Below, one piece after another: positions 39,869 to 49,834 of a stretch of DNA of 64,000 nt; the stretch's first letter is position 1, and the number at the start of each line of letters is the position of its first letter. Source of the stretch: Oscillospiraceae bacterium (lineage in GTDB: Bacteria > Bacillota > Clostridia > Oscillospirales > CAG-272); the NCBI GenBank assembly GCA_015064735.1, contig SVRP01000006.1, positions 38,037 through 102,036 of the forward strand, given 5' to 3'. The notes beneath the pieces were generated by a model. It worked only from the letters and a program-made list of their open reading frames with translations. It was not told where the DNA came from and did no database searches. The translations under genes and the position numbers were made by a program.

Positions 39869-39897
39869 ATTATACCACTTCCGCAATCCCGTGTCAA
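39869..39897 (-). promoter_or_regulatory. sigma-A promoter of rpmG-secE-nusG
   Basis: Perfect TTGACA-N17-TATAAT with extended TG on the minus strand. Confidence 0.85.
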
Positions 39898-41351
39898 TAG
39901 TTTTTTTGAATTTTTTTATCTTTTATATTTTTATTTTGAAAAATTCCCCCTCGGAGCTTTCCGAGCCATCTTCCGCTTACGTATCTTATCGCAAAGAGAG
40001 TCGCGCGAAACAGCCAGTCTACCGTCATGGCTATCCATACACCCATAATTCCCATACCAAGACCCGGAAGCTCGAACAATCCTAATACCGACACGGTTTC
40101 AAGAGCAAGCATGTAACCTCCCGCAATGCGGAATACCCACATGGATATGATCGATATCACCATTGGATAGCGTACGTCCCCCGCCGCGCGAAAGGCGGAC
40201 GGAAGCATAAATCCGATGGGCCACATTATGATGGCGCAGAAGCAATGGTAGGTTATCAGCATTTTTGTCACATGAGCCGATTCGGGTGAAAGAGAGTATG
40301 CAAAAACTATAGGAGACAGTAAAAGAAGAGTTAACACGATAACGATTCCGAGCGAAATATAATTCAACACCGTAAGCAACCGAGAATAATATTTCGCCTG
40401 TTCCTCTTCCCCCGCTCCGACGCTTTGACCTACTACGGTTATCATAGCACTTGAATAAGCGTTACCCACAACGTACTGAAAATTGCACACCGTAAGCGCT
40501 ACTGCGTTAGCGGCTATAACGGCGGTGCCCATAGAGGATATCAGGGTCTGCGTAAGCAATCTTCCAAGCTGAAACATTCCGTTTTCCACGCCGTTGGGAA
40601 TTCCAATGCTCAATATTCTTTTTACGACCGAAAAATTCGGGCGATAGTTCAAAATACGCTCAATATGAAAAACGCTTTTTTTATTAGCCACAAGAGCTAT
40701 CATAATTACCGATGCCGCAAAGCGAGCGATAAGCGTTCCCAACGCCGCGCCCGAAGCCCCCATTTTCAAGGCAATTATGAACGTGGCATTTCCGCATATG
40801 TTTATCACGTTCGTTATCAGGGACACAACCAGAGCTATCCTTGTATTTCCTGCTACACGGAACATTGCGGATACACTGCTGCACGCCGCCAGCATCGGAA
40901 ATGACAGCGCAAGATAAAAGAAATAGCTTTCCGCGCTTCTCATTACGTCCGGCTCTGCGTTTCCAAAAAACAAAGACAAAATAGGCTTTCTGAACAGGAT
41001 CGTTACCGCCGCCAAGGCAACAGCAATAATGACCGACGAATATAAGAGCTGCTTTGCCGCGATCTGCGCATCCGCTTCATCCTTTCTGCCAAGCGCGTGA
41101 GCGACGATCACAGCGCCTCCCGAAACAAAAGCGGTAAAGAAGATCACAAGAAATACGTCCAACGCATTTACAAGCGAGACCCCCGAAACAGCGGCTTCTC
41201 CCGCGTACGCGACCATTACGGTATCAACCGCTCCCACCGCCACCGAAAGTAATTGCTCTAAAATAAGCGGGATCAATATCCCGACCAGCTGTTTTTTTGT
41301 GAAAAGCATTTTTGTTTTTTTTACCGACCCGATTTCCTTGGTTAAAAGCAT
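39894..41351 (-). CDS. MATE family efflux transporter
   Basis: VDTVMV..GEAAVSGV, many TM helices, FRAAGD; start may be the internal MLFTKK. Confidence 0.92.
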   Translation of the reverse strand: MLLTKEIGSVKKTKMLFTKKQLVGILIPLILEQLLSVAVGAVDTVMVAYAGEAAVSGVSLVNALDVFLVIFFTAFVSGGAVIVAHALGRKDEADAQIAAKQLLYSSVIIAVALAAVTILFRKPILSLFFGNAEPDVMRSAESYFFYLALSFPMLAACSSVSAMFRVAGNTRIALVVSLITNVINICGNATFIIALKMGASGAALGTLIARFAASVIMIALVANKKSVFHIERILNYRPNFSVVKRILSIGIPNGVENGMFQLGRLLTQTLISSMGTAVIAANAVALTVCNFQYVVGNAYSSAMITVVGQSVGAGEEEQAKYYSRLLTVLNYISLGIVIVLTLLLLSPIVFAYSLSPESAHVTKMLITYHCFCAIIMWPIGFMLPSAFRAAGDVRYPMVISIISMWVFRIAGGYMLALETVSVLGLFELPGLGMGIMGVWIAMTVDWLFRATLFAIRYVSGRWLGKLRGGIFQNKNIKDKKIQKNY

Positions 41352-41479
41352 ATCTGCCTCCCCGTATATAAATCCTTGACATTCAAAGAAAATGTGATAT
41401 AATTATAGCATAATAAATAGCATTTTTCATGCCATATTATCTCAATTTTATGACGGTTTTTTATATTTTCGGAGGGCAC

Positions 41480-42262
41480 GTGAGAGCTTATTTTCATTTA
41501 TTGCGAGAAAAGAAGGATCAACCGGAATACGGGCGCATACAAAACAAGGAGATCAAGGTAGACCTTCATTTTCACTCGCAAATAGAGCTGTACATTATAA
41601 TTTCGGGTCAAGTCGACGTTCTTATAAACGAAAAGCATAAAACTCTCGGCGCGGGGGAAATAGCCGTGTCTCTGAGCAACGACACTCACGGATACAGAGC
41701 TTCGTCCGCAGCTGACGTAATATATCTGGTAATCCCCACGAGACTTCTCGGAGATCTTGCGCAATCTGTAGAAAACAAGTACGCGTCTTCCCCGTTCATC
41801 AATGACAAATCAATCTTTGACAAGGTATTGGATGCCGCCAACAAGGTCATTGACACAAGCAACGAGCTGTTACGTAGAGGATACCTTTACCTTGTACTGG
41901 GAACGGTACTTGAAAATATCGGCTTGAAGGAAGTCGACGAAGACCACTCAACACACTCTGATGCGAAGCTGCTAATCTACGTCAGCGAGAATTTCAAAAA
42001 GGAGCTTTCACTTTCACACCTATCCGAAAAATTCGGTTATAATCCCAGCTACATATCAGGATATTTCAAAAAAGCCTTCGGCGTTTCGTTCAGCAAATAT
42101 TTATCCACTCTGCGGCTGAGGGAGGCTATTCGGCTTTTCGAAACGGGAGAGTACAACGTAACCGAGTCAGCTCTCGAAAGCGGCTTTGGCTCTACACGCA
42201 GCTTTTACAGAGCTTTTTGTGAGGAATTCCACTGTTCTCCCAAGGAATATTTCAAAAAATAA
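41480..42262 (+). CDS. AraC family transcriptional regulator
   Basis: Cupin LHFHSQIEL and C-terminal HTH YNPSYISGYFKK..ALESGFGSTRSFYRAF; GTG start after GGAGG; divergent from MATE. Confidence 0.9.
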   Translation: MRAYFHLLREKKDQPEYGRIQNKEIKVDLHFHSQIELYIIISGQVDVLINEKHKTLGAGEIAVSLSNDTHGYRASSAADVIYLVIPTRLLGDLAQSVENKYASSPFINDKSIFDKVLDAANKVIDTSNELLRRGYLYLVLGTVLENIGLKEVDEDHSTHSDAKLLIYVSENFKKELSLSHLSEKFGYNPSYISGYFKKAFGVSFSKYLSTLRLREAIRLFETGEYNVTESALESGFGSTRSFYRAFCEEFHCSPKEYFKK

Positions 42263-42310
42263 AAAAACTGTTGCCGCGGCAACAGTTTTTTATTTATAAG
42301 CCTTGTATAA

Positions 42311-42775
42311 TTACTCAGCAGCTTCCTCGGTCGCTTCCGCGTCAGCAAGATCGTCCTCGGCAATTATGCACTCGAACTTTTCTCCGCAAGCGGGACAAGC
42401 AAGCTCCTCGGGGTCAATTGATCCGTCAAAGCAGATGGTCTCTCCGCAAGAAGGACACTCTACCTCGAAATATTCCTCATCGTCGCAGCAGTCGCAGTCG
42501 CAATCGTCGCAATCACAGTCGCAATCATCGCAATCGCAGCAATCGCACTCGTCGTCCTCAATGAGAAGCTCCTCTACTGCTCCGAGGTCCTCATCAAGCT
42601 CCTCGCAGTAATCGAAAGCGGTATCAACGTCAGCCTCAAGATCCGCAATAGCCTCTGCCATCTCTCCCACTATGTCGATAAGCGCAAGTATAAGCTTGCC
42701 CTCTTTTGTGGTATTATCGATCTCAGTGCCGTCTGCAAGCCCCTTGATATATGCAGCCTTTTCGCTAATGGTCAT
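42311..42775 (-). CDS. CD1247-like protein with Cys/Asp-rich tract and zinc ribbon
   Basis: ISEKAAYIKGLADG, (CD)n tract, CPSCG..CPACG; follows efp as is common in Clostridia. Confidence 0.8.
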   Translation of the reverse strand: MTISEKAAYIKGLADGTEIDNTTKEGKLILALIDIVGEMAEAIADLEADVDTAFDYCEELDEDLGAVEELLIEDDECDCCDCDDCDCDCDDCDCDCCDDEEYFEVECPSCGETICFDGSIDPEELACPACGEKFECIIAEDDLADAEATEEAAE

Positions 42776-42807
42776 AATAAACCTCCGTATATTTTATTTG
42801 TGGAAAA

Positions 42808-43365
42808 TCACGCGCGGGAGAGGTACTCGCCCGTTCTCGTGTCTATTTTAAGAACCTCACCCTCGTTAATGAAGAGCGGAACCTTGATAACTGCTCCGGT
42901 CTCAAGAGTTGCGGGCTTAAGGGTATTGGTTGCGGTGTTACCTGCGAAGCCGGGGTCGGTCTGGGTAACCGCAAGCTCAACGAACGTGGGAGGCTCAACT
43001 CCGAATACGTTGCCCTTGTAGGAAACTATCTTACACATCATCTCTTCCTTTACGAACTTGAAGCTTTCGGGAAGCTTATCGCTGTTAAGGGGGAGCATAT
43101 CGTAGGTCTCCATATCCATAAAGTAATAAAGATCACCGTCGTTGTAAGAATACTGCATTTCCTTTCTTTCGATGTACGCGTTCTCGAACTTGTCTGTGGG
43201 GCTGAAGGTTCTCTCAATTACAGAGCCTGTAATAACGTTCTTGATCTTTGTACGAACAAAAGCCGCTCCCTTACCGGGCTTTACGTGCTGAAACTCGATT
43301 ACCTGATATACAGCGCCATCCATATCAAAGGTTACGCCATTCTTAAAATCTCCTGCTACTACCAT
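42808..43365 (-). CDS. efp: elongation factor P
   Basis: [34 protein letters not shown]. Confidence 0.98.
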   Translation of the reverse strand: MVVAGDFKNGVTFDMDGAVYQVIEFQHVKPGKGAAFVRTKIKNVITGSVIERTFSPTDKFENAYIERKEMQYSYNDGDLYYFMDMETYDMLPLNSDKLPESFKFVKEEMMCKIVSYKGNVFGVEPPTFVELAVTQTDPGFAGNTATNTLKPATLETGAVIKVPLFINEGEVLKIDTRTGEYLSRA

Positions 43366-43580
43366 TCTTATATTCCTCCGAATTTTATTTTTTTAATAGT
43401 CACGTAGCCGTGCATATAAATTCATTTTATTTTACACTATTTTACAAGAAATTTCAAGTGCTTTTTTTAAATTTTTCTCAATATTTTTTCTCTTTTTTAT
43501 TTTGCTCCGTAAAAATAACAAAAAAAGCGCCCATAATATACTAATTATTGTACGGAATATCCCAAAATGCCAAAATGCCG

Positions 43581-43609
43581 TTGACAAGCACAATAAAAAA
43601 GATTATAAT
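43581..43609 (+). promoter_or_regulatory. sigma-A promoter of the yloC-remA-gmk operon
   Basis: Perfect TTGACA-N17-TATAAT, preceded by tandem CCAAAATG x2. Confidence 0.8.
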
Positions 43610-43681
43610 TAGTATGTATATTTATAGTTGTATTATTCCTCCACCGAGGACCCTATCGATATGAAAGGACGTACCTTTGCC

Positions 43682-44569
43682 ATGATAAAAAGCATGACTG
43701 CCTTTGGCAGAGCAAGGAAAACCGTAGGCGGTAAGGATATAACCGTTGAGATCCGCTCTGTAAACAACCGTTTCTTTGATTGCTCGGTTAAGCTGCCGAG
43801 AGCCTTTTCTTTTCTTGAGGAAAGAATAAAACCCTATCTCCAGTCCGCCGGAGTTACCCGTGGAAAAGTAGATCTGTTTATCGGAATTGAGGTCATAGAT
43901 TCAAAAACTGCCGAGATAGCCATAGACGAGGGCTATGCCGGCGCATACGTCAGCGCTCTCCGCAGGCTCGGCGAAAGCTTTGATCTGAAGGACGACATAA
44001 GTATTATGACGGTTGCTTCAAACCGTGATATATTTATCGTCAAGAAGCCTGAGGACGACGCAGAGCAGGATTGGGCAGACCTTTGCTCCGTCCTTGACGA
44101 AGCAATAGAAAAATTCCTATCGGGCAGAGCCCGCGAGGGAGAAAACATACAGCGCGATCTTGAAGGAAAAATCTCGGCTATCCGCAGCCGCGTAAACACT
44201 ATCGAAGAGCTTTCGGCGAAGGATACCGAATCATACCGCGAAAAGCTTGAGACACGTTTGCGCGAAATGCTTTCGGACAACCGACTCGTATTCGACGAAA
44301 ACAGAATCCTCACCGAATGTGCGATCTTTGCCGACAGAATTGCAATCGACGAAGAGCTTGTCCGTCTGCGTTCACACTTTGACGGATTTGACGACATTCT
44401 CCGCTCCGAGGAGCCTGTAGGACGAAAGCTCGATTTCCTCGTTCAGGAAATCAACCGTGAGACCAACACCATAGGCTCTAAGTGTCAGAACGCATCCATC
44501 GCCAAGCTTGTGGTTGACATCAAGTGCGAAATCGAAAAGATACGCGAGCAAATACAGAACATCGAATAA
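43682..44569 (+). CDS. yloC: YicC/YloC family endoribonuclease
   Basis: SMTAFGR, EIRSVNNRF, DEELVRLRSH, GRKLDFLVQEINRETNTIGSK. Confidence 0.93.
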   Translation: MIKSMTAFGRARKTVGGKDITVEIRSVNNRFFDCSVKLPRAFSFLEERIKPYLQSAGVTRGKVDLFIGIEVIDSKTAEIAIDEGYAGAYVSALRRLGESFDLKDDISIMTVASNRDIFIVKKPEDDAEQDWADLCSVLDEAIEKFLSGRAREGENIQRDLEGKISAIRSRVNTIEELSAKDTESYREKLETRLREMLSDNRLVFDENRILTECAIFADRIAIDEELVRLRSHFDGFDDILRSEEPVGRKLDFLVQEINRETNTIGSKCQNASIAKLVVDIKCEIEKIREQIQNIE

Positions 44570-44587
44570 GCACGGGAGGGATACAGT

Positions 44588-44854
44588 ATGAAATTTATAA
44601 ATATCGGATTTGGAAATATGGTAGCCTCCGACCGGATAATAACGATAGTAAGTCCCGATTCCGCTCCCATCAAGCGTCTCGTACAGGACGCAAAGGACGA
44701 GGGACGTGTGATAGACGTTTCATGCGGCAGGCGTACACGCGCCGTCGTTATTACCGACAGCGAGCACGTTATCCTCTCGGCTATTCAGGCAGAAACGATT
44801 GCGAACCGTCTCGACAGTAACGACACGTCTGACGACGAGGACGTTGAAGAATAA
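44588..44854 (+). CDS. remA: RemA/DUF370 family protein
   Basis: [36 protein letters not shown]. Confidence 0.92.
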   Translation: MKFINIGFGNMVASDRIITIVSPDSAPIKRLVQDAKDEGRVIDVSCGRRTRAVVITDSEHVILSAIQAETIANRLDSNDTSDDEDVEE

Positions 44855-44865
44855 AGGAGACAAAA

Positions 44866-45471
44866 ATGAGCAAAGGATTAATGATAGTAATTTCGGGACC
44901 TGCCGGAAGCGGCAAGGGCACGGTAAATGCTCATCTGCTTAAGAGCGGTGAGTTCGTATATTCGGTATCCGCAACCACAAGAGCTCCAAGGCCCGGCGAG
45001 GTTGACGGTGTTAATTATCATTTCATAAGCAGAGATGAATTTCTTTCCCGCATAGCCACGGGAGATATGCTGGAATACACCGAATACTGCGGAAATTTCT
45101 ACGGTACTCCGAAAAAGGAAGCCGAGGAGGTTCTTGACTCGGGCAAAAACCTTATTCTTGAAATTGAGGTTGAGGGAGCAAAGAATATCAAAGCCAAGTA
45201 TCCCGACGCGGTGCTCGTAATGCTGCTGCCCCCAAGCTTTAAGGTGCAGGAACACAGACTCCGTTCAAGAGGGACCGAGACCGAGGAAAAGATACTCGAG
45301 CGTCTTGCGAGAACCAAGGAGGAGCTTAAAGAGGTTCACGTTTACGACTACGTGGTTTACAACTACGACGGAGCAGACAAGGAAGCCGCTGATAATATCC
45401 GCGCAATAGTCAGGGCAGAAAAATGCGCAGTGTCAAGAGACAAAGACATCAAGCTGAAATATTTTTCATAA
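44866..45471 (+). CDS. gmk: guanylate kinase
   Basis: SGPAGSGKGT, SVSATTRAPRPGEVDGVNY. Confidence 0.97.
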   Translation: MSKGLMIVISGPAGSGKGTVNAHLLKSGEFVYSVSATTRAPRPGEVDGVNYHFISRDEFLSRIATGDMLEYTEYCGNFYGTPKKEAEEVLDSGKNLILEIEVEGAKNIKAKYPDAVLVMLLPPSFKVQEHRLRSRGTETEEKILERLARTKEELKEVHVYDYVVYNYDGADKEAADNIRAIVRAEKCAVSRDKDIKLKYFS

Positions 45472-45511
45472 AACCGATTAAACTACATATACAGAAGAAA
45501 AGGAGAAAATC

Positions 45512-45841
45512 ATGATCTACCCCACCATAACCGAGCTTACAAAGGATGAATTTAACCGTTACGAGCTTACTCTTGCTACCGCAAAATGCGCCCGTATAAT
45601 AACCAACGAATATGTGGCACAGCGCGAAGCGGCAGAAAAGGCCGCAACCGGTAACAAGGAAAATGACCGTAACCTTATGAATATGATCAATAAGGAGTAC
45701 CGCGACGAAAAGGCAGTAAAAAATGCTATCAACCGTATTCATAGCGGAAAATACACTATCGTACGCACCGAGCCCGTAACCGAAGAGGTATCCGAGGAAG
45801 CAGCTGCCGAAGCTGTTGAGGAGACTGCGACAGAGGTATAA
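45512..45841 (+). CDS. rpoZ: RNA polymerase omega subunit with acidic tail
   Basis: MIYPTI..NRYELTLATAKCARII; position between gmk and priA. Confidence 0.75.
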   Translation: MIYPTITELTKDEFNRYELTLATAKCARIITNEYVAQREAAEKAATGNKENDRNLMNMINKEYRDEKAVKNAINRIHSGKYTIVRTEPVTEEVSEEAAAEAVEETATEV

Positions 45842-45887
45842 ATCCTGTCGCTTCCCTTCTTATTTGAATTTTTGCAAGGAGGAAAAT

Positions 45888-48377
45888 ATGTCTCTCTACG
45901 CAGAGGTCTATTTATTGGATGCACCCTATTCCTTAGACCGCGCATTTGAATATTATATTCCTCCGGAGCTCCGCGGGAATATTGCCAGGGGAGATTTCGT
46001 TACCGTTCCCTTCGGCACGTCAAACAAAAGAAAGCTCGGCATCGTTACCGAGCTTTCTTCTGCGCCCGAAAATCCCAAGATAAACTACAAGCCCCTGATT
46101 TCCGTATGCGACAGAAGTACCTCTCTCGACGAGGACATGCTGGGACTTTGCTTCTTTCTTAAGGAGCATACTCTCTGTACAGTCGGAGATGCAGTGCGCG
46201 CCATGGCTCCCGCATCGGCTATTTCGAGACTGGAGGAAATATACCGCGTTACCGACAATACGGATTTACTTGCTCAAGCCAAAAAATCACTTGATACCCC
46301 GACGCTTCTTATTCTGGATTTTATCCAAAAGAAAGGAAGCGTCAGATTTGATTTGCTGAAAACAAGATTCGGCTCTGCATCTGAAAGCGCGGTAAAAAAG
46401 CTTACGTCAGAGGGAGTCCTTATTAAGGATATGACTCTCAGGGAAAGCTCTCAAAAATACGAGACCCTTTGCTCTCTTGCAATCGACCTTGAGCGCGCCG
46501 ACAAAATTTTAAAGGGCGAGGATGAAAGCATTACCCTACGCTCAGTCAATCACGTGGCTATACTCAAATATTTCTTTGACACGCAGCTTCCCGAGGTTGA
46601 CGAAAAGATTCTTTGCAAGGTTTCGGGAACCACCGCGGCACAGGTAAGCGCGCTTTGCTCAAAAGGAATATTAAAAAGAGAAAAACGTATAATTGACCGT
46701 GGGTTATCAGTAAACAAAAAGAAAAAGGCGCAAAAGGAAATCGTCCTTAACGAGGAGCAAAGCAAGGCGTTGGAAACCCTTTGCCGGCTTCACGACGAAA
46801 AGCAACCGAGAGGCGCTCTCCTTTTCGGAGTTACCGGAAGCGGAAAAACATCGGTCATGATAAAGCTCATCGACCACGTGCTTTCGGTAGGTGAAGGCGT
46901 AATTCTGCTCTTACCCGAGATCTCACTTACGCCGCAGACTCTCGACATATTCTGCTCCCGATACGGCGACCGAGTTGCAATTATCCATTCGGGACTTTCC
47001 GCCGGAGAGCGTCTTGACACGTACCGAAGAATACGCAGCGGCGGAGCCGACGTGGTCATCGGTACACGCTCCGCGGTTTTCGCGCCTCTCAGTAATCTCG
47101 GACTTATAATCATTGACGAGGAGCAGGAGCACACCTATAAATCGGACATGAATCCAAAATACCACGCAAGAGATATAGCAAGATACCGTTGCGCTCACAG
47201 CAACGCTCTTATGCTCCTTGCGTCGGCTACTCCATCCTTTGAAAGCTACAAAAAAGCAAAAGAGGGTGCGTACACACTTGTAAAGCTGAAAAACAGATAC
47301 GGCGATGCGGTTTTGCCAAAGGTTACCGTTGCGGATATGAGAGCAGACTCCGCAACCTCTCCTCTCGGCAACCTCCTTTGTCAAAAGCTTTTGAATACAA
47401 AGGAAAGAAACGAGCAATCCATCCTCTTTTTAAACCGACGGGGGTATAATACGTTTATATCCTGCCGAGGCTGCGGAGAAGCAATAAAATGCCCCGAATG
47501 CTCTGTTTCCATGACCTATCATACAACCTCGTCGGACTACGGCAAGGGTGAGCTTCGCTGCCACTGGTGCGGAAGACGGATTCCTATTCCAAAAAGCTGT
47601 CCGTCCTGCGGCTCGGAGCATCTTTCGGGAATGGGCTTCGGAACGCAAAAGATAGAACAAGAGCTTTGTGAGCTTTTGCCCGACTCAAAGATACTCCGAA
47701 TGGATACCGACACCACCTCGACCAAAAATTCTTATGAGGATATTCTCGGGAAATTCCGCAGACATGAAGCCGATATTCTTCTCGGTACCCAGATGGTAAC
47801 CAAGGGACACGACTTCCCCGACGTTACCCTTGTGGGTGTTCTTCTTGCCGACGCGTCCCTATATCTCGACGATTACAGAGCATCGGAAAAAACCTTTTCC
47901 ATGCTAACCCAGGTCATAGGCAGAGCCGGACGTTCAAAAAAGCGCGGAGAAGCGATAATTCAGACCAACAATCCCGACCACGAGTGTATAAGGCTTGCCT
48001 GCGCTCAGGATTACGAAAAATTTTACGAGTCCGAAATACGATTAAGAAAGGCCCTTGTTTTCCCTCCCTTTTGCGATATAGTTCTTATGACCCTTACCTC
48101 ATCCGACGAAAAAGAGGCTCTCCGTGCATCGGCTCTTATGAGCAAGATGCTCGACAAAGCCTTAACCGACGAATTTTCCGATGTACCAATAGTGAAATAC
48201 GGTCCCTTCGAGGCTCCCGTATACAAGGTTGAGGGAAAATACAGAATGAGAGTAGTAATAAAGTGCAGGCTCAACAAGAGAAGCCGCTCGCTTTTCTCGA
48301 ATATTCTTTCGGATTTTTCAAAAGCAAACGCAAAGGGCATCTCTCTTTCAATAGATTTTAACCCTTCTTCGCTTTAA
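45888..48377 (+). CDS. priA: primosomal protein N'
   Basis: GVTGSGKT, IIDEEQE, SATPS, four CxxC pairs, QVIGRAGR. Confidence 0.96.
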   Translation: MSLYAEVYLLDAPYSLDRAFEYYIPPELRGNIARGDFVTVPFGTSNKRKLGIVTELSSAPENPKINYKPLISVCDRSTSLDEDMLGLCFFLKEHTLCTVGDAVRAMAPASAISRLEEIYRVTDNTDLLAQAKKSLDTPTLLILDFIQKKGSVRFDLLKTRFGSASESAVKKLTSEGVLIKDMTLRESSQKYETLCSLAIDLERADKILKGEDESITLRSVNHVAILKYFFDTQLPEVDEKILCKVSGTTAAQVSALCSKGILKREKRIIDRGLSVNKKKKAQKEIVLNEEQSKALETLCRLHDEKQPRGALLFGVTGSGKTSVMIKLIDHVLSVGEGVILLLPEISLTPQTLDIFCSRYGDRVAIIHSGLSAGERLDTYRRIRSGGADVVIGTRSAVFAPLSNLGLIIIDEEQEHTYKSDMNPKYHARDIARYRCAHSNALMLLASATPSFESYKKAKEGAYTLVKLKNRYGDAVLPKVTVADMRADSATSPLGNLLCQKLLNTKERNEQSILFLNRRGYNTFISCRGCGEAIKCPECSVSMTYHTTSSDYGKGELRCHWCGRRIPIPKSCPSCGSEHLSGMGFGTQKIEQELCELLPDSKILRMDTDTTSTKNSYEDILGKFRRHEADILLGTQMVTKGHDFPDVTLVGVLLADASLYLDDYRASEKTFSMLTQVIGRAGRSKKRGEAIIQTNNPDHECIRLACAQDYEKFYESEIRLRKALVFPPFCDIVLMTLTSSDEKEALRASALMSKMLDKALTDEFSDVPIVKYGPFEAPVYKVEGKYRMRVVIKCRLNKRSRSLFSNILSDFSKANAKGISLSIDFNPSSL

Positions 48378-48419
48378 AACAATAAAAACAACCTATTTAA
48401 ACCAATAAGGAGTTCATAT

Positions 48420-48869
48420 ATGGCAAAGCTTAAAATAGTAAAGGTAGGCGACCCGATTTTGAGAAAGGTCTGCCGACCTGTAGAATGTATTACACCAAGG
48501 ATCATTACTCTCCTTGACGACATGATAGAAACCATGCACGCGGCAGACGGAGTCGGTCTTGCGGCGTCACAGGTAGGCATTCTTCGCAGAGTCGTCGTTA
48601 TTGAGGTAGAGCCCGGTAATACCATAGAGCTTATCAATCCCAAAATAATCGCATTCTCGGGCGAGCAAGAGGAAGAAGAGGGATGCCTTTCCATTCCCGG
48701 AAAATGGGGCATTACCCACCGTCCAATGCACGTTACCGTACGGGCTACCGACAGACACGGCGAGACCTTTGATATTTCGGGCTCCGGGCTTCTCGCAAGA
48801 GCCTTCTGCCACGAAATAGACCATCTTGACGGAAAGCTCTATACAGACAGAGTCATCGACAAAAAATAA
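48420..48869 (+). CDS. def: peptide deformylase
   Basis: GVGLAASQVG, EGCLS, HEIDHLDG. Confidence 0.97.
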   Translation: MAKLKIVKVGDPILRKVCRPVECITPRIITLLDDMIETMHAADGVGLAASQVGILRRVVVIEVEPGNTIELINPKIIAFSGEQEEEEGCLSIPGKWGITHRPMHVTVRATDRHGETFDISGSGLLARAFCHEIDHLDGKLYTDRVIDKK

Positions 48870-48885
48870 AGAGGATAAGCTGAAA

Positions 48886-49818
48886 ATGAAAATATTATTT
48901 ATGGGCACCCCCGATTTTGCCGTTTTTTCGCTCCGCGCTCTTGCAAATTCGGAGCATGAAATAGCAGCGGTAATTACACAGCCCGACAAGCCCAAGGGCA
49001 GAGGCTATACCCTCACTCCCCCTCCCGTCAAGATTGTGGCAAACGAGCTTTCTATTCCGGTCTATCAGCCGACCACTCTCAGAAGCGATGAGTTTTCACA
49101 GCTGCTTTCGAAAATCAATCCAGACATATGCGTAGTCGTTGCCTACGGTAAAATTCTCCCCGAAAATGTATTGAAATACCCGAAATACGGCTGTATCAAC
49201 GTACACGGCTCCCTGCTTCCCGAATACAGAGGAGCGGCTCCCATGCAAAGAGCTATAATCGACGGCAAGACGGTTACGGGAATTACCACCATGTATATGG
49301 ACGTAGGACTCGACACGGGAGATATGCTTCTTACAGAGGAAATAGAGATCACCGACGGCGACAACTTCGAAACTGTACACGACAAGCTGGGCGAGTGCGG
49401 AGCAGCCCTGATAGTCCGCACAGTCAATGACATCGAAAAGGGTCTTGCGGTGAGAATTCCCCAGAACGAGGCTCTTGCCACCTATGCGGCGAAGATTACA
49501 AAAGAGGATTGCGTTCTTTCCTTTGACAGAAGCGCACGAGAGATACACAACCTCATCCGCGGTCTTTCACCTGTTCCGCTTTCTTTTACTCACACCCCCG
49601 ACGGAAAGCTTCTCAAAATCACCGCCTCAAGAATCGCAAACGAGGACAAGGAGTATGCAACTCCCGGCGAGGTAATCTCACTTGATGGCGGAATCACCGT
49701 TGCCTGCCAAAAGGGTGCAATAACACTCCTTGGCGTTCTTCCCGAAGGAAAGGGACGCATGAGCTCTGAGGACTTCGTAAGAGGCAGACGTATTGCCCTT
49801 GGCGACATACTCAAATAA
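48886..49818 (+). CDS. fmt: methionyl-tRNA formyltransferase
   Basis: FMGTPDFA, TQPDKPKGRG, NVHGSLLPEYRGAAP, GLDTGD. Confidence 0.97.
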   Translation: MKILFMGTPDFAVFSLRALANSEHEIAAVITQPDKPKGRGYTLTPPPVKIVANELSIPVYQPTTLRSDEFSQLLSKINPDICVVVAYGKILPENVLKYPKYGCINVHGSLLPEYRGAAPMQRAIIDGKTVTGITTMYMDVGLDTGDMLLTEEIEITDGDNFETVHDKLGECGAALIVRTVNDIEKGLAVRIPQNEALATYAAKITKEDCVLSFDRSAREIHNLIRGLSPVPLSFTHTPDGKLLKITASRIANEDKEYATPGEVISLDGGITVACQKGAITLLGVLPEGKGRMSSEDFVRGRRIALGDILK

Positions 49819-49834
49819 ATTTTCCGAGGTACAA

